Positions 13,487 to 24,747 of a DNA stretch of 64,000 nt are shown in pieces. Below the pieces are notes generated by a model, which saw nothing but the letters and a program-made list of their open reading frames with translations, did not search any database and was not told where the DNA came from. Numbering within the stretch: the stretch's first letter is position 1; each line of letters begins with the position of its first letter. The stretch comes from Cystobasidiomycetes sp. EMM_F5 (Eukaryota): assembly GCA_051047955.1 (NCBI GenBank), contig JBPGPT010000003.1:124001-188000 (forward strand), in the 5' to 3' direction. A program made the position numbers and the translations under genes.

Positions 13487-14996
13487 TCAACCTAGAAAAT
13501 CCCACACGGGATCTCCAGAGCGCGATTTCATCTGGTCTGGCCTAGAAGTGCGACTTCGTCGCGGTGTTTTGCTTTCGACTGGTAACGTTGGTGGTGCACA
13601 GGCTGCTGGAGAGGCGTCGATCTTTGCAGAGACAACCGGGGCGATCGTTTCATGAAGCACATTTTCTACCGCAGTACTGGATGAGACAGATTTTCGCATT
13701 CGATCCGCCCACGCTAGTACTTTCTTTGTGGCCTTGCGTTTAACTTCAGCCGAGGATCGACCATTTCTTACATCCACCTTCGCTTGAATGCGGGCACTTT
13801 GTACTGCTTCCGCTTCCGCCCAGATGTCGTAGAGAATCTTTCGAGTATCGTCTTGTCGTTTCCCTTCCTCTACTTGAGCGCACTGGTGATCCGCTTCGGA
13901 CGTCTGGCTGCCGTATGGTATTGCTGGCGGAGCATGAGAAGTCCAATTCTGCGTTTGTACTGTTTCATGCTTGAAGACTGCAGACATGGGTCGAAGTAGT
14001 ACAGCCTCGATAGTATCTGGCTCAATGGATGGCGAGTCCGTCTCGCAACAGAGTATGCTAGCGTGCATGGAATGAATAGATTTAGCTGTATCTCTGCGTA
14101 CAAGACCAGCGTGCTTCGCCTGCAGCGTAGATCCCAGAGTTGAAGACTGCTCTACCACCACCGTCGACATCCGTCGGTAGGGGTTGGGCGCGCGCAGCTT
14201 GATAACGTTAGACGAAGCTGCATGCGAGAAAGACGGAGCGATGGGACGCTTGCGATCCAAGACTGAAACCGTTGAGGTTGCCGCAGTAGCCACTGAGAAT
14301 GTTGATGAAGAAGACACCAAAGAGTGCGAGCGTAACATACTTGCTGTAGACTCGGCAGGCGAGTCTAGGGGGCTCAAGTCCAGCGAAGCGAACTCTAGGT
14401 CAGGAATAATGGAGGATATTGTGTCTAGTGACAGACTTGAGTGCCGGGACGGAACCGAAATGACAGGCGGGTCGCTGCTGCTTGTTCGGGACACATCGAT
14501 GTTTGTTGTATCGTCAAGTTGCGGTATGTCTGATAAACCGAGGGAGTCAGTCTCTGTGTATACCTGGCAATAGTTCGCGGTACTCACCGACCAGAGGCAT
14601 TAGCCATGCGTACTCTTTCGCCTCAATCTGTGTGTCGACACAAGTATCTGGCACATTGACTAGCTGTAAGGCTGGCCCTTCTTCGTCCTGACAGGAAGCA
14701 ATCCCAGCCTCCTCCACGTCGCAGTCGTCATCGCTCTCGAATTCCTCTGATGTGTCGGAATTTGGGCTCCAGTAAGAGACCAGCTCTGGCCGAACCCGCA
14801 TAGTCTCGGTGGAAAAGTGCCGGCTTGATGTGGGAATCGGAAAGAGATATTCGGCAGTATCGCCATCGACCATGCATGAATCGAACGTAGTGAGTCTTCC
14901 GCTTCTTGCGGATGAGGGCCGGCTGCATGAGAAGGTCGATGGGAGACCTAGTCCAAGCCCATATGCACTCTGCGAGGAGGTAGCCAAGTCGCTCAT
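13487..14996 (-). CDS. Hypothetical Ser-rich, largely disordered protein; 1 probable intron
   Basis: ORFs 14547-14996 and 13487-14587 can be joined via a GTGAGT donor at 14587 and a TCAG acceptor near 14530. No domain recognised. Confidence 0.6.
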
Positions 14997-16145
14997 TTTG
15001 GTAAGGTTAAGCGGTGAGTTAGAACGAATGACAGGAGGGGACGTGCGAAGAAGTAGCGAAGAGAGCAGAGGAAGGAGTAGTTGAGGTCACTTTGGCTGGT
15101 CAGTCGAAGGCTGGCGATGCGCCGCAGCAGCCACGTGCATGACTGCGCCCAGCCAGCCTTGAGTTTCAGCGAGCCCGTCAGCTTCGCGCCTTCTCTCTAA
15201 TTGACAACGCGTACATCCTGCGGTCGTCAGGGTCTTCCAGCTTGCCTCTTTCCTTTCCAGACTGGAGGCGGGTCATGGCTTAGTCAGCATGAAGGCGCGT
15301 GTGGAGACGCGCAAATGCGAGAAGCACTTAGGCGCGACGTCGCATACGGTGTAGCTGTGGATGTGTAGCTGTGTGAGTGTAAACCCAATTCTCCGCTCTA
15401 ATTTTAAGGCTTTCGTGGACATCCCGGCAACGATTGAACAATCCTCTTGTGCTGGTCCAACTTGAAGCTGAAGATTTCAGGCTGATTTGTGCAACTATGA
15501 TGCAGCGATGCTTCCGCTTGCCGCGCCGAATCGTATGCACGACGTCTGTCCGCTTCCTCATCTTCGCCATGTACTGGAGGGGTGCGTCACGGTGCTGACA
15601 GCGCGTTTCATTTCTTTGGTCATTATCGATATCGCGCGAGGTGTATGACCTGGGCCTCGATGGTGCTCATGCTTACTCACATCACCATCATGACTTCCTC
15701 GTGATGCCTTGAGTTGGCATGCGAAGACGAGCTGATTTTGCGAGCCAGTCACCACAATCTCCGAAGGGGCTGCGGTATTCCTTGACGCGACGAATATGCA
15801 CATACCACCAATAAACAACACCGCAGCGTTATGTTTACACGGTATGGTGACTTGTTTTCCGTTGTTGTCCAAGCGGACGCGATACCCGCTCATTCCTCAG
15901 ATCGGCATGCCGCTGTATATTGTTTTCGCACTCTACTGCGGAATCCGATAAAGAGCTCGTAAAGTGCCCTTTGCTCTTTCTCTCCTTTCCAACAACCACT
16001 CCACTCCCAAACACAGCAATCCCGCTTTCGTAGCCCCCTCGCACTACACACTCATTTAACCAGTCGCTCTTTAGCCTACACGCTCTTCGAAGCTATTATC
16101 ACCATCGTTCCTACACATCCACCCACTTCTTTCCTTCACTTCATT

Positions 16146-16611
16146 ATGCGCTCCTTCTTGATTGCCTCCGCCATCATGGCCGTCGTCCCAATGGCTTTTG
16201 CCGCCTCTTACCAATACTGTCAGTCTCTCAACTTCGCAGTGCGTAATATGCCGACTGATGAGCATCCAATTTGCGCTACAGCTACCACCACGTACCCCAA
16301 CGGTGCATCCGGCGGCGCTGAGGCACTTGTGAGCCATACGCAACCGATCTCGCGCGTCCTTTCGTAGCTCATCCATCCTTTCCTAGACTACCTATCCCGG
16401 CTCCTACACTCTAGCTCAATGCGAGACCGCTTGCAGCAACGACGACTGTGAGTGATGTCTGCCCCTGGCAATACGTTTATTCGACTGAGAGTCGCAATCT
16501 TCAGCCTGCACCACCTTCGTATCTGACCCTGCTGGTCCATGCACGTCAATCATTGGCTCTGATCAGACCTACGTCTTGAACGCTGGTTCGACAGTCGGAA
16601 ACAAGGGGTGA
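16146..16611 (+). CDS. Small secreted Cys-containing protein (PAN/apple-like spacing); multi-exon, 3' end uncertain
   Basis: Signal peptide MRSFLIASAIMAVVPMAFA; spliced exons give ...YTLAQCETACSNDDSCTTFVSDPAGPC... Confidence 0.6.
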
Positions 16612-17176
16612 GACTATGATGACTTTCGTATTTCTGTCCTTCTGTTACTGAATAATACTGCATCACGCCCCTACAGAGACCTATTGACTGCTTCCCAAGG
16701 CATGCGAAAGCGACAACGCCGCAACGGCAAGACCTCCAACTAGAAATCAACTCCGAGTTGAGAGGTGTTGACTGGTTCACGCCACTTCTTTCACATCAAG
16801 TTTACCACTTGTAGAACAAGCGCGTCTTCATCCCTCCGTCGCTTGATTGCCCTGGGTTCAGTAGCTTTGGCAGTCCACATCATGTCAGTACGGCTGTTGT
16901 CTTTCGTGTTTCATAGGTACAATATAGACTTTGGCGGCAGCCAATATTACGGCCATGTCTTGTGTCGCGTCTCTCGATTATTTTGCGTGCTTGCAGGCCG
17001 CACTTCACAACCACGGTGCCCTCCCTTTCGCATGTAAGATGCGATGGATCGTATTGGGCTTTTCTCCGAAAAGCCGTCCTGGTTCGGCCAGGCAAAAGTA
17101 GTGACAGGCCGCTAGCGCTAGGAGCGCGATTACGCCGTATATAGAACAATAGTTTGACCTCCCTACATACACCACA

Positions 17177-18221
17177 TTACGATGAAGTATCTAATGCTTC
17201 GTCATCAGCTCCGGGAACGGTATGGATCTTTTGGTCCGTCTGTGATCGCCAGAGAGTGCTGCGGGTCAGCGTTTCGTATAGAGTAAGGCGTTGCCTCGAC
17301 CCACCCCATCCGCATTCCGCACGAGTACGGTCCCATCCTCCAAGCCAAAGAATGCGGCTTTTGCCATGTTGCAGAATAGCCCCACTTCTAGTACTCCAGT
17401 CAGCCTGCATGAAAACTGTCAGCACACCTTCTTACGCCATATCAACAGACCTCACATTTTAATTCTATGTAACAGCTCAGCCGGCTGCTTCATTTCCGCC
17501 TCGCTGTATGTTGCATCAATGACAAAGTTGCCATTGTCAGTAACTACTGGCCCCGCTTTCGCTTTACCCAATCTTAGACGCGGTTCTCCACCCATCTTTT
17601 GCAGCTTGTTGACGACGCTTGCCCAAGCGAATGGAGCGACTTCTATCGGCACGCCTTGCTTCCATTTGCTACCCAACGTACGCGAGTTTTTTCTAGAATC
17701 CGCAATGATGATGAAGGTATTTGCTGCCTCTGCCAGTACTTTTTCTCTTAGATGACACGCTCCACCTCCTTTGATGGCGTTGAGGTGGTCATCCACCTCG
17801 TCTGCTCCATCCAGTGTGACGTCGATGATGGGGAATTGGTCTACATCCCCTAAGTTGAGTCCAGACTTGACGATGAGTTCCTTGGATTGAAAGCCAGTGG
17901 GAACAAACCATCTCTGTGTATGGAAGCATGAGTGAAGCGCGTATATTTTCAAGTCGGACCGCTTGCATCCTCGTTCAGGTCGTGACCCTGCTGCACGATC
18001 CGTTCCACGACGTACGGGACTGTCGTCCCTGATCCGATACCGATGACCTTGTGCTGAGGCTTTACGTATGCGTCCACTGCGGCGTACGCTGCCAGCCGCT
18101 TTGATCTTTCAATCTGAACCGTCACTGGGGGCAGCGGTGTCGATGTAACGATATTCTTGCCCACCAGCCCGGGACCGGCTGAGAATGACGGCCGAGCAGA
18201 CCGTGTCGCAGCTGCCATCAT
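17177..18221 (-). CDS. RKI1: Ribose-5-phosphate isomerase A; 3 introns
   Basis: Motifs IGIGSGTTV, PTGFQS, DGADEVD, IKGGGACHLREK, GPVVTDNGNFVID and TGVLEVGLF. Confidence 0.96.
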
Positions 18222-18493
18222 CAAGAGCTGGCGAGGAGTCAAGATGCTGGCTAGCTGATTGCTCGGTGCTCGGTATACCTCGATCACCCCCAAAGTCACG
18301 CCCGTTGCTGCAGCTGTCAACACTTGGTTGCGTCTGCTCCGATATGCTGACTGCTCATTCTGTTTGCAGGGTGTGGACTCATAATTGACTGCAACCGAGT
18401 CTCCGAGTGCGGCTCGTAAACTGTCGACGCCGGCCGCTTTCGTTTGGATGGAAGAGCTAGGCTTTAGCGTCTGACAAGCTCAGTCCCACACCC

Positions 18494-19800
18494 ATGTCGC
18501 GCGAGCTGTCGGAAGATGGCTCGCGTAGGCAGCCGGAAGACGTTGAAGACGACCAGGCTTCGCAGAACGAGCAAATTGTAGAAGGAGAGGAGGAATGGAA
18601 AGTCTCGAGAATCATAGGCGAGAACCGCAAGAGCAAGAAGTACCGCGTCGAATGGGAGGGTGTGGATTCACAGACCGGAAAGCCCTATGAGCCTACATGG
18701 GTGCGGTCAAGTCTCAAAGCAGCGGCCGCAGCCGTTTCAGGCTAATCTCGCCCAATGCTCTGCAGGAACCATACAGCAACTTTCATGACAACAATGAGTG
18801 CGTTAGAGAATGGAAGGAGGAGCAGGCGCGGCAAGATCAACAAGAGGCCCGCAAAAAAGCCAAAGACGCTGTCAGAGTATGTACCCAGCACAAACAATCG
18901 GCTACGCGCTAGCCAAACCTTCCTAAATGACTTTCTACATTCACACACTTCACAGGATGACGACATTAGACGCGGCCGTTCGTCCGCTTCGGAGGAGTCA
19001 GAGCCAGAATCGCCGGAACGATGGCCGCCTGATGAGGAACTGCTGGTATACCAGGAAGATGATCGTAGCGGTGCTTATCAGCCCGGAAGGATACTCGACT
19101 CGGATCGCGTCGAACGTAAAATGAAGCAGGCCAAAGCGAATGCGAAAAAGCCTGCAAAGAAGAGCGTATCACCTCGAAAGCGAAAGTCCGGTGGAGCGGA
19201 GCAACCAGAAGGCGAGCCAGACATCCCAGTAGCTCCCGCAGACGAAGACAATGGTCAAGGTCATGCAGATATGCGTAATGCAGATGGCGCTTACACGAAT
19301 CATCAAGGGTTGCCACTAGACTTTTTCTGGAACGAAGGTCTTGCTGAACGTCCTTCCCGTAAACGTCGAAGAGATGCCAGTGACGCACGGGTCGAAGAAG
19401 GTGCTCCGCCAAAAAAGCCACGCAGAGGTCGACCACCTTCTACGCAAGGCGCTAGTGCCAAGAAATCCAAGAATCGGCTGCAGCATTCTACGCCTCGGTC
19501 GAAAGAGTCGAAACGTCCACGATTCGATAGTATTGGCAAGTCGCTGCGCCAAATGAGATCTCAGGATGATTCGTACTCGTCCGACAGTGACGACGATGCA
19601 GCAGCGGATAATGATCGCGATCCCAACGAAGACGATGAATCCAGCCCGCCTGGCACGAAGAAAGGCAGACTGGTCCGAAGACCAGATCACCTCGGAGAAC
19701 ATATTGTACATCGCGAACTAGCGCGTACTTCCGATCGACATTCGGGACTTCGAAAGACATCAGGATTTCACGAAGAGGATATCCCTGCAACCTATACATT

Positions 19801-19886
<86 letters not shown>

Positions 19887-22800
19887 GCGAGCTGGAGCTT
19901 GAGCTGGAGCCCGAGGCTGAAGTTGCGGACGACTTTCAATACGTGTTCGCTGAAGAACCTGTGGCACTAGGACCTTTTCGACAGAAGGCGGGACAGCCGT
20001 CAATCCTGGGGCAATCGAATCCTAACGATGCTGAAGCGGATTCGGATGGTGAACTGCAAGAAGACGAGACTTTCACGCAACCGAGGGATGCGAATGGCTT
20101 GACCATGCAGCGGGAAGCTGTATTACCTGCTGCGAGGACTCTGCCCCAAGTGCATCGTGCTGCTCCAATAGTGCGAGCACGCCCCACTACTAGCAAAGAT
20201 GTTGATGACGACGACGATGATGATGGAGGCGATCTACCTCCGCCGATCCAGCCTTACGTACCTCCTGTCGATACACCAAAAGCTATACCTCCTGTTCCAT
20301 CGCGCTCATCAGTCGCCAAGGTACGATCTCAGAAAGCTAATTCTGCATCGCGGACCAATGAAGCCCCCACGGCCAAAGAGCGCATTACCAAGAAAAGGGT
20401 GCACAAGCCAACGTCTCGTACTCGCGATGTGTCGGCAAGCACTCCAGCCGTTTCGACATCGCATACATCAGCTGGTGCTCCCAATGCACAGAGCGCTGCG
20501 TCACTTCCACGCTTCAAAAAACAGAAGTCGGTCGTTGACGGTGAGGATCCGCGAACAGATAAGGCGGACGATGTCAACAAGTTCGGAGCGAGTACGATAG
20601 CGAGGGACGATGGTCCGAATGATGATGGCTGGCCGACTTATGTCGAGAACGTCGCACAAGGACTACCACATGCAGAGACTGACCGACCTGCAAACGATTC
20701 CAGCCTAGTACCAGACTCGCAACCTGCAACGCAATCTCATGGCAATCAATCGGGTCTATTGAGGCCGGTCACCGTCCCCGACCCAGCTGTGTTCCGCCCG
20801 TATCTTGCAAACGACGGTCCGGATGACGATGCCATCACTCAGTTTTCGTCGCAGCACAACGACGCGCGCGTCTCGGCCTGGACCGACAACGGGCGTAACA
20901 TAGCCAGCACCCGCTGGAATCATTACGATCCTCACGCCCCGGCTCTTTCTGCCAATCCTGCGGCGCGACCTCACCCTAAAACAGCTCAGCGTTCCACATC
21001 AGCTGTTCATAGTCGGCTTGCCGACGCAGGCGAGAGCAGAGCCGAGCTGGCTTTGCGTCGCAGGATGGCTGAGAAACAAGCAGCATTGGCAAGTAACCCA
21101 CAAAAAACGGATGTTCGAGCAGGGCGTGCCGTCGATGATGGCGCAACTGCACAGGCAGAAGTGGAAGCAGACGTCCCATTCGATGATAATATTGATCCTA
21201 CTGCCGACGATAGAGAAGGCATCAATGGCATGCAGGACGCGTCTCCGCCTGCGATAAAACTCGCTGAGGTACCGCAGGGCATCGCTGGTCAGTCAAACAT
21301 ACCGCCGATGATGAATGTGCTACCATTGCCTGAACGTGCTGGGACACTGGAACCTGTTGAGCTCCCTGAAGTCGACGCTGACATTCTGCGGATTACAATA
21401 CAGCAAGAACTGGCTGTCAACAATGCCCGCATTCGCCCGTCTCCCAGTCCAGCGCTAGCAGGCACAGCGAGCCATATGGATCCGCCTGTCCCTGTCATCA
21501 AACGAGTCGTAGTCATTCCAGGTCTCCGCAAAAAGCCGCCGTCCGCGGCACCCCAGGTGTTGGAACGTTCAGAGAGCATCGCTCTGGCGAATCGCAAGAT
21601 CCGCGAGAGTCCACTTGTCGACGCGGAACTCAGGTCAGAACTGGCCATATACCTCGAGGCACCTGCGTATTATGTTAGCACTGGCAGTAAGTCGACCGAA
21701 AGCTTCGAGAAGAAATGCTGTTTGCGCTAATCTTGTCTCATCCAGGATCACTGACAAAGCAATTGTCATGGTCGATCCCATTGGAATCCGTTCCGGCCGA
21801 GGGAAGTGAAGGCTTGTGGTATATCATCCTACAGCTTGATGAGTTTACGTGGCATCTTGAACGTCAATCCGTACCCGCGCCTTACGAGGAGATCTTGGAC
21901 GACGCCAATGCGCAAGAAATCGACATTGTGAATGGGTCCGCACTGTCCGAAATAGAGGATCTGGCTGATATGCTCATCATTCTTAGTCCGACAACCACGT
22001 TCTGAGCATGTATGACGAGATGCTAACCGCTCACAAGGCGTTGAGGGAAACTGCAGATCAGAGCACTTTGCGGACAAAGGCACTAGAAACCGAATTACGG
22101 ATAGCAAATGACAGGCTTAAAGACTCGCTCACGAGCGGAGAATTGCTTGCAATCGAAAATCGTCGCTTACAGGCTGAAGCAGCGCAAATGAAGAAGACGC
22201 TCGAGATCGGCATCAGTCAATATCAACTCATTAATGAGGCCAAATTGCAAAGATATCAGGATGAGCTCCAGCGCACCCAGCAGGTTCTCAAATTTATTCA
22301 GGAGCAGAAGACTCTGACAGAGGATGTCGTCATACGAAATCGTGCGGCGCGAGCGTACGAATTGGAAGTGCAAGATGTCCACAAATCGCAACGCATATTA
22401 GATCTGGAACAACAAGTGCGAGCGCTGCAAGTTGACCAACGACAGTTGCACATCCTGCAGGCTGCAAATGCTGTTTTGGTTCAGGCTGTTAGTCGTCAAG
22501 CAAGCATTGACCCATCCCACAGTCCAGCGAACGTCTTGGGCCCGGCGGGCCCAGTCTTACAAGACCTTGCTGAGCCCGCTGATCTCAGTCTGAACGCAAT
22601 TATCGACGAGTCTCAAAATGCGTTCCTGGCCGACGAGTCGGTCCCCCCTGCTGCAGTCCTAGTGCCTTCTAGGATCGAAGCGGTGTCGGCCGTTGCAAAA
22701 ATCCTTGTCAATACCACAGGCGAGACCACGGAAATTACGACTGTCTCGGAGCGTGTCAATAGCGATATCGCTTCAGCAAGTCAAGACGGGCTAGTGACGA

Positions 22801-22988
22801 CTGACTCGCAAGGCAAGAGCTCCGCAATGAGCACGGATCAGATTCTTGAGCTGGACTCAGCAATCTTAGAAAGTCCGTACGCATATGTGTGTGAGTGGGG
22901 TACTAGTAAAGGCGCAGCTTGTGGCGAGCAGCTAGCTAGCCAATTGGATTTGTACAAACACATTGAAGAGACACACGTTGGACTGTAG
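18494..22988 (+). CDS. Large chromodomain protein with disordered middle, coiled coil and C-terminal C2H2-like zinc finger
   Basis: N-terminal EEWKVSRIIGE..KYRVEWEGVDSQTGKPYEPTWEP chromodomain; AT-hook-like RRGRPP; coiled coil ~22010-22480; C-terminal CEWGTSKGAAC...LYKHIEETH. Exons join through canonical sites. Confidence 0.78.
19802..19915 (+). repeat. Coding hexamer microsatellite (GAGCCY)n encoding about (PE)14 followed by ELELELE
   Basis: gagcct/gagccc tandem array directly visible. Confidence 0.95.
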
Positions 22989-23100
22989 AAGTGGGTCAGT
23001 AGGGTTTATTGTTGTACATAGCTCGTTTGCGGGAGAAAGGAGGCATTGCCGAGCACGAATAGCGCCTGGCGCTGGAGAATAATACTCTTCATCGTCAAAG

Positions 23101-24658
23101 TCAATATCGAGGCAGATGTACAACGCCGCCGCTTTGGAACCACTTTACCAGGTCTTGCGTGATTGGTATCTGACAAGCTAAACGCGATGAACTGTCTGTC
23201 GAGATCGCATACTCCAATTGGTCCTCCTCTTCATCCGTGGTTCGAGGCAGTGGGGGCATCTCGGAACCTGATGCGGGTCTCAGGTGAACATGGCATGTCG
23301 CACACTCGCACGCGCCGCCACAGGTGGCTTCCACCTGATGTCATCTGCGTCAGCATATAACGTTCTGGGCTGCGCGCGACTTGACTTACCAATTCTTGTC
23401 GCTTAGCGACATCCATAAGTGTTTCTCCCTCGAAGCCACGAACGGTGACCGTGTCCCCCTCGTACGTCACGAATGGAACATCCAGGGCGTTTCCGAGCGG
23501 AGCCTGTCGGTCCTTCGCCTTCTTACGCAAGCTAGAGGCTAACGCAAGAGCCGGTGGATCGACTGCCTGGACGTTTTGCAAAGCTACTCCTTTCTCTGCT
23601 AGTGCGAGCTGGGCAGAGCTTGTGAAGCCAGTCCGGCCCCTCCATTTAGCCCACCAGATATCTCTATCTGAGGAACCTGCTGCTCCTTGTTTTGCGAGAT
23701 GGTCTACAAAGACTTTGGCATCCGTCGAAGCTAGTAGACCGTACCAGTCACCAGCAGAAGTGAAGCATGTCGCTGCAAAGCGATGGCCCCCGATACTGAA
23801 ATTTAGATGTGTCAGCCGTATTCGCGCGGACAGCGGAAGAGGCTTACTGTGTTGTACGGTGTACCCGTATTGGTCCAGAACCCTGATCAAACTCAGTAGC
23901 TTCATTGCCAAGCTGACGTTTACGCAGCTCGCGGATTAGGGCACTGTAGAACGCGCTTCCTACATCGCCGCATCGACAGTCCCGTTGCCGATGAGTCTGC
24001 GACGATGTTGCGTTATTCGCAAACCGGATACTGTAAAGAACGTTTATGGGCTCACGCAAACGAAGATATCTAAATCCTGTCGCAACGTCTCCGCTTGTTC
24101 CGTTTTGTCTTTGGTACTGTTGGAAATCTGCCGCGGCGGGATGGTATGACAGAAATCTTCGAGTTGGCCAGTAGATATACTTTCTTCCGTTACTTCAAAG
24201 GGTACCTGTAGTCTGTCGGGGTAGATGACGATACCGTATTGTTCTCGTTGGCTGTCGCCCTTGGTAGAAGGCTTCTCGAAGCGAATTGTCGCGGGATTCC
24301 ATTGTTGAGTGGCAGGAGTGGTGTGTTTAGCGGATGAGTCTGTAAGCGCTAGAGCATAGGAGCGGAGTGGGCTATTGGGATCTTTGATGCGTTCGGCGAG
24401 CTGTCGATAAATTGGGGATACGCTGTCGACGTGGGAGGGTATAGAGTCATATTTCCTGCCAGTAAAGAGAACGAGATGCCTGTCGACAATGTCGAATCAT
24501 CAGCTTTACAGCTCACGGCATCGAAGGAAGTTTGATGACGCGCACCTCGAGTACTCGCCGGTGGAACCTTGCAGACTGTCAAAGACCAGCCTGGACGAGC
24601 TGAAGCTGCGGCAGGCAGACCTGATTGCAGCTACATTGCGGACATTCAGCCAGACCAT
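23101..24658 (-). CDS. Predicted mitochondrial fusion: sucrase/ferredoxin-like (Aim32/Apd1-type) domain plus adrenodoxin-type [2Fe-2S] ferredoxin; 4 introns
   Basis: Presequence-like MVWLNVRNVAAIRSACRSFSSSR; CTHRQRDCRC, HIGGH, GDWYG, WRGR; then in frame GETLMDVAK, EATCGGACECATCHV and SRLACQI. Confidence 0.85.
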
Positions 24659-24747
24659 TGGTTGGTCGCAAGTCAGCAAACTATCGATTAGGCCTGCCAT
24701 CAACTTCAGCTTGGCCAGCTATCCGACCAACCAACATAGCTACCGAA

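Noticed and set aside
18590..18790. Chromodomain as a chromovirus integrase remnant
   Set aside because: It is N-terminal, interrupted by an intron, and has no integrase core.
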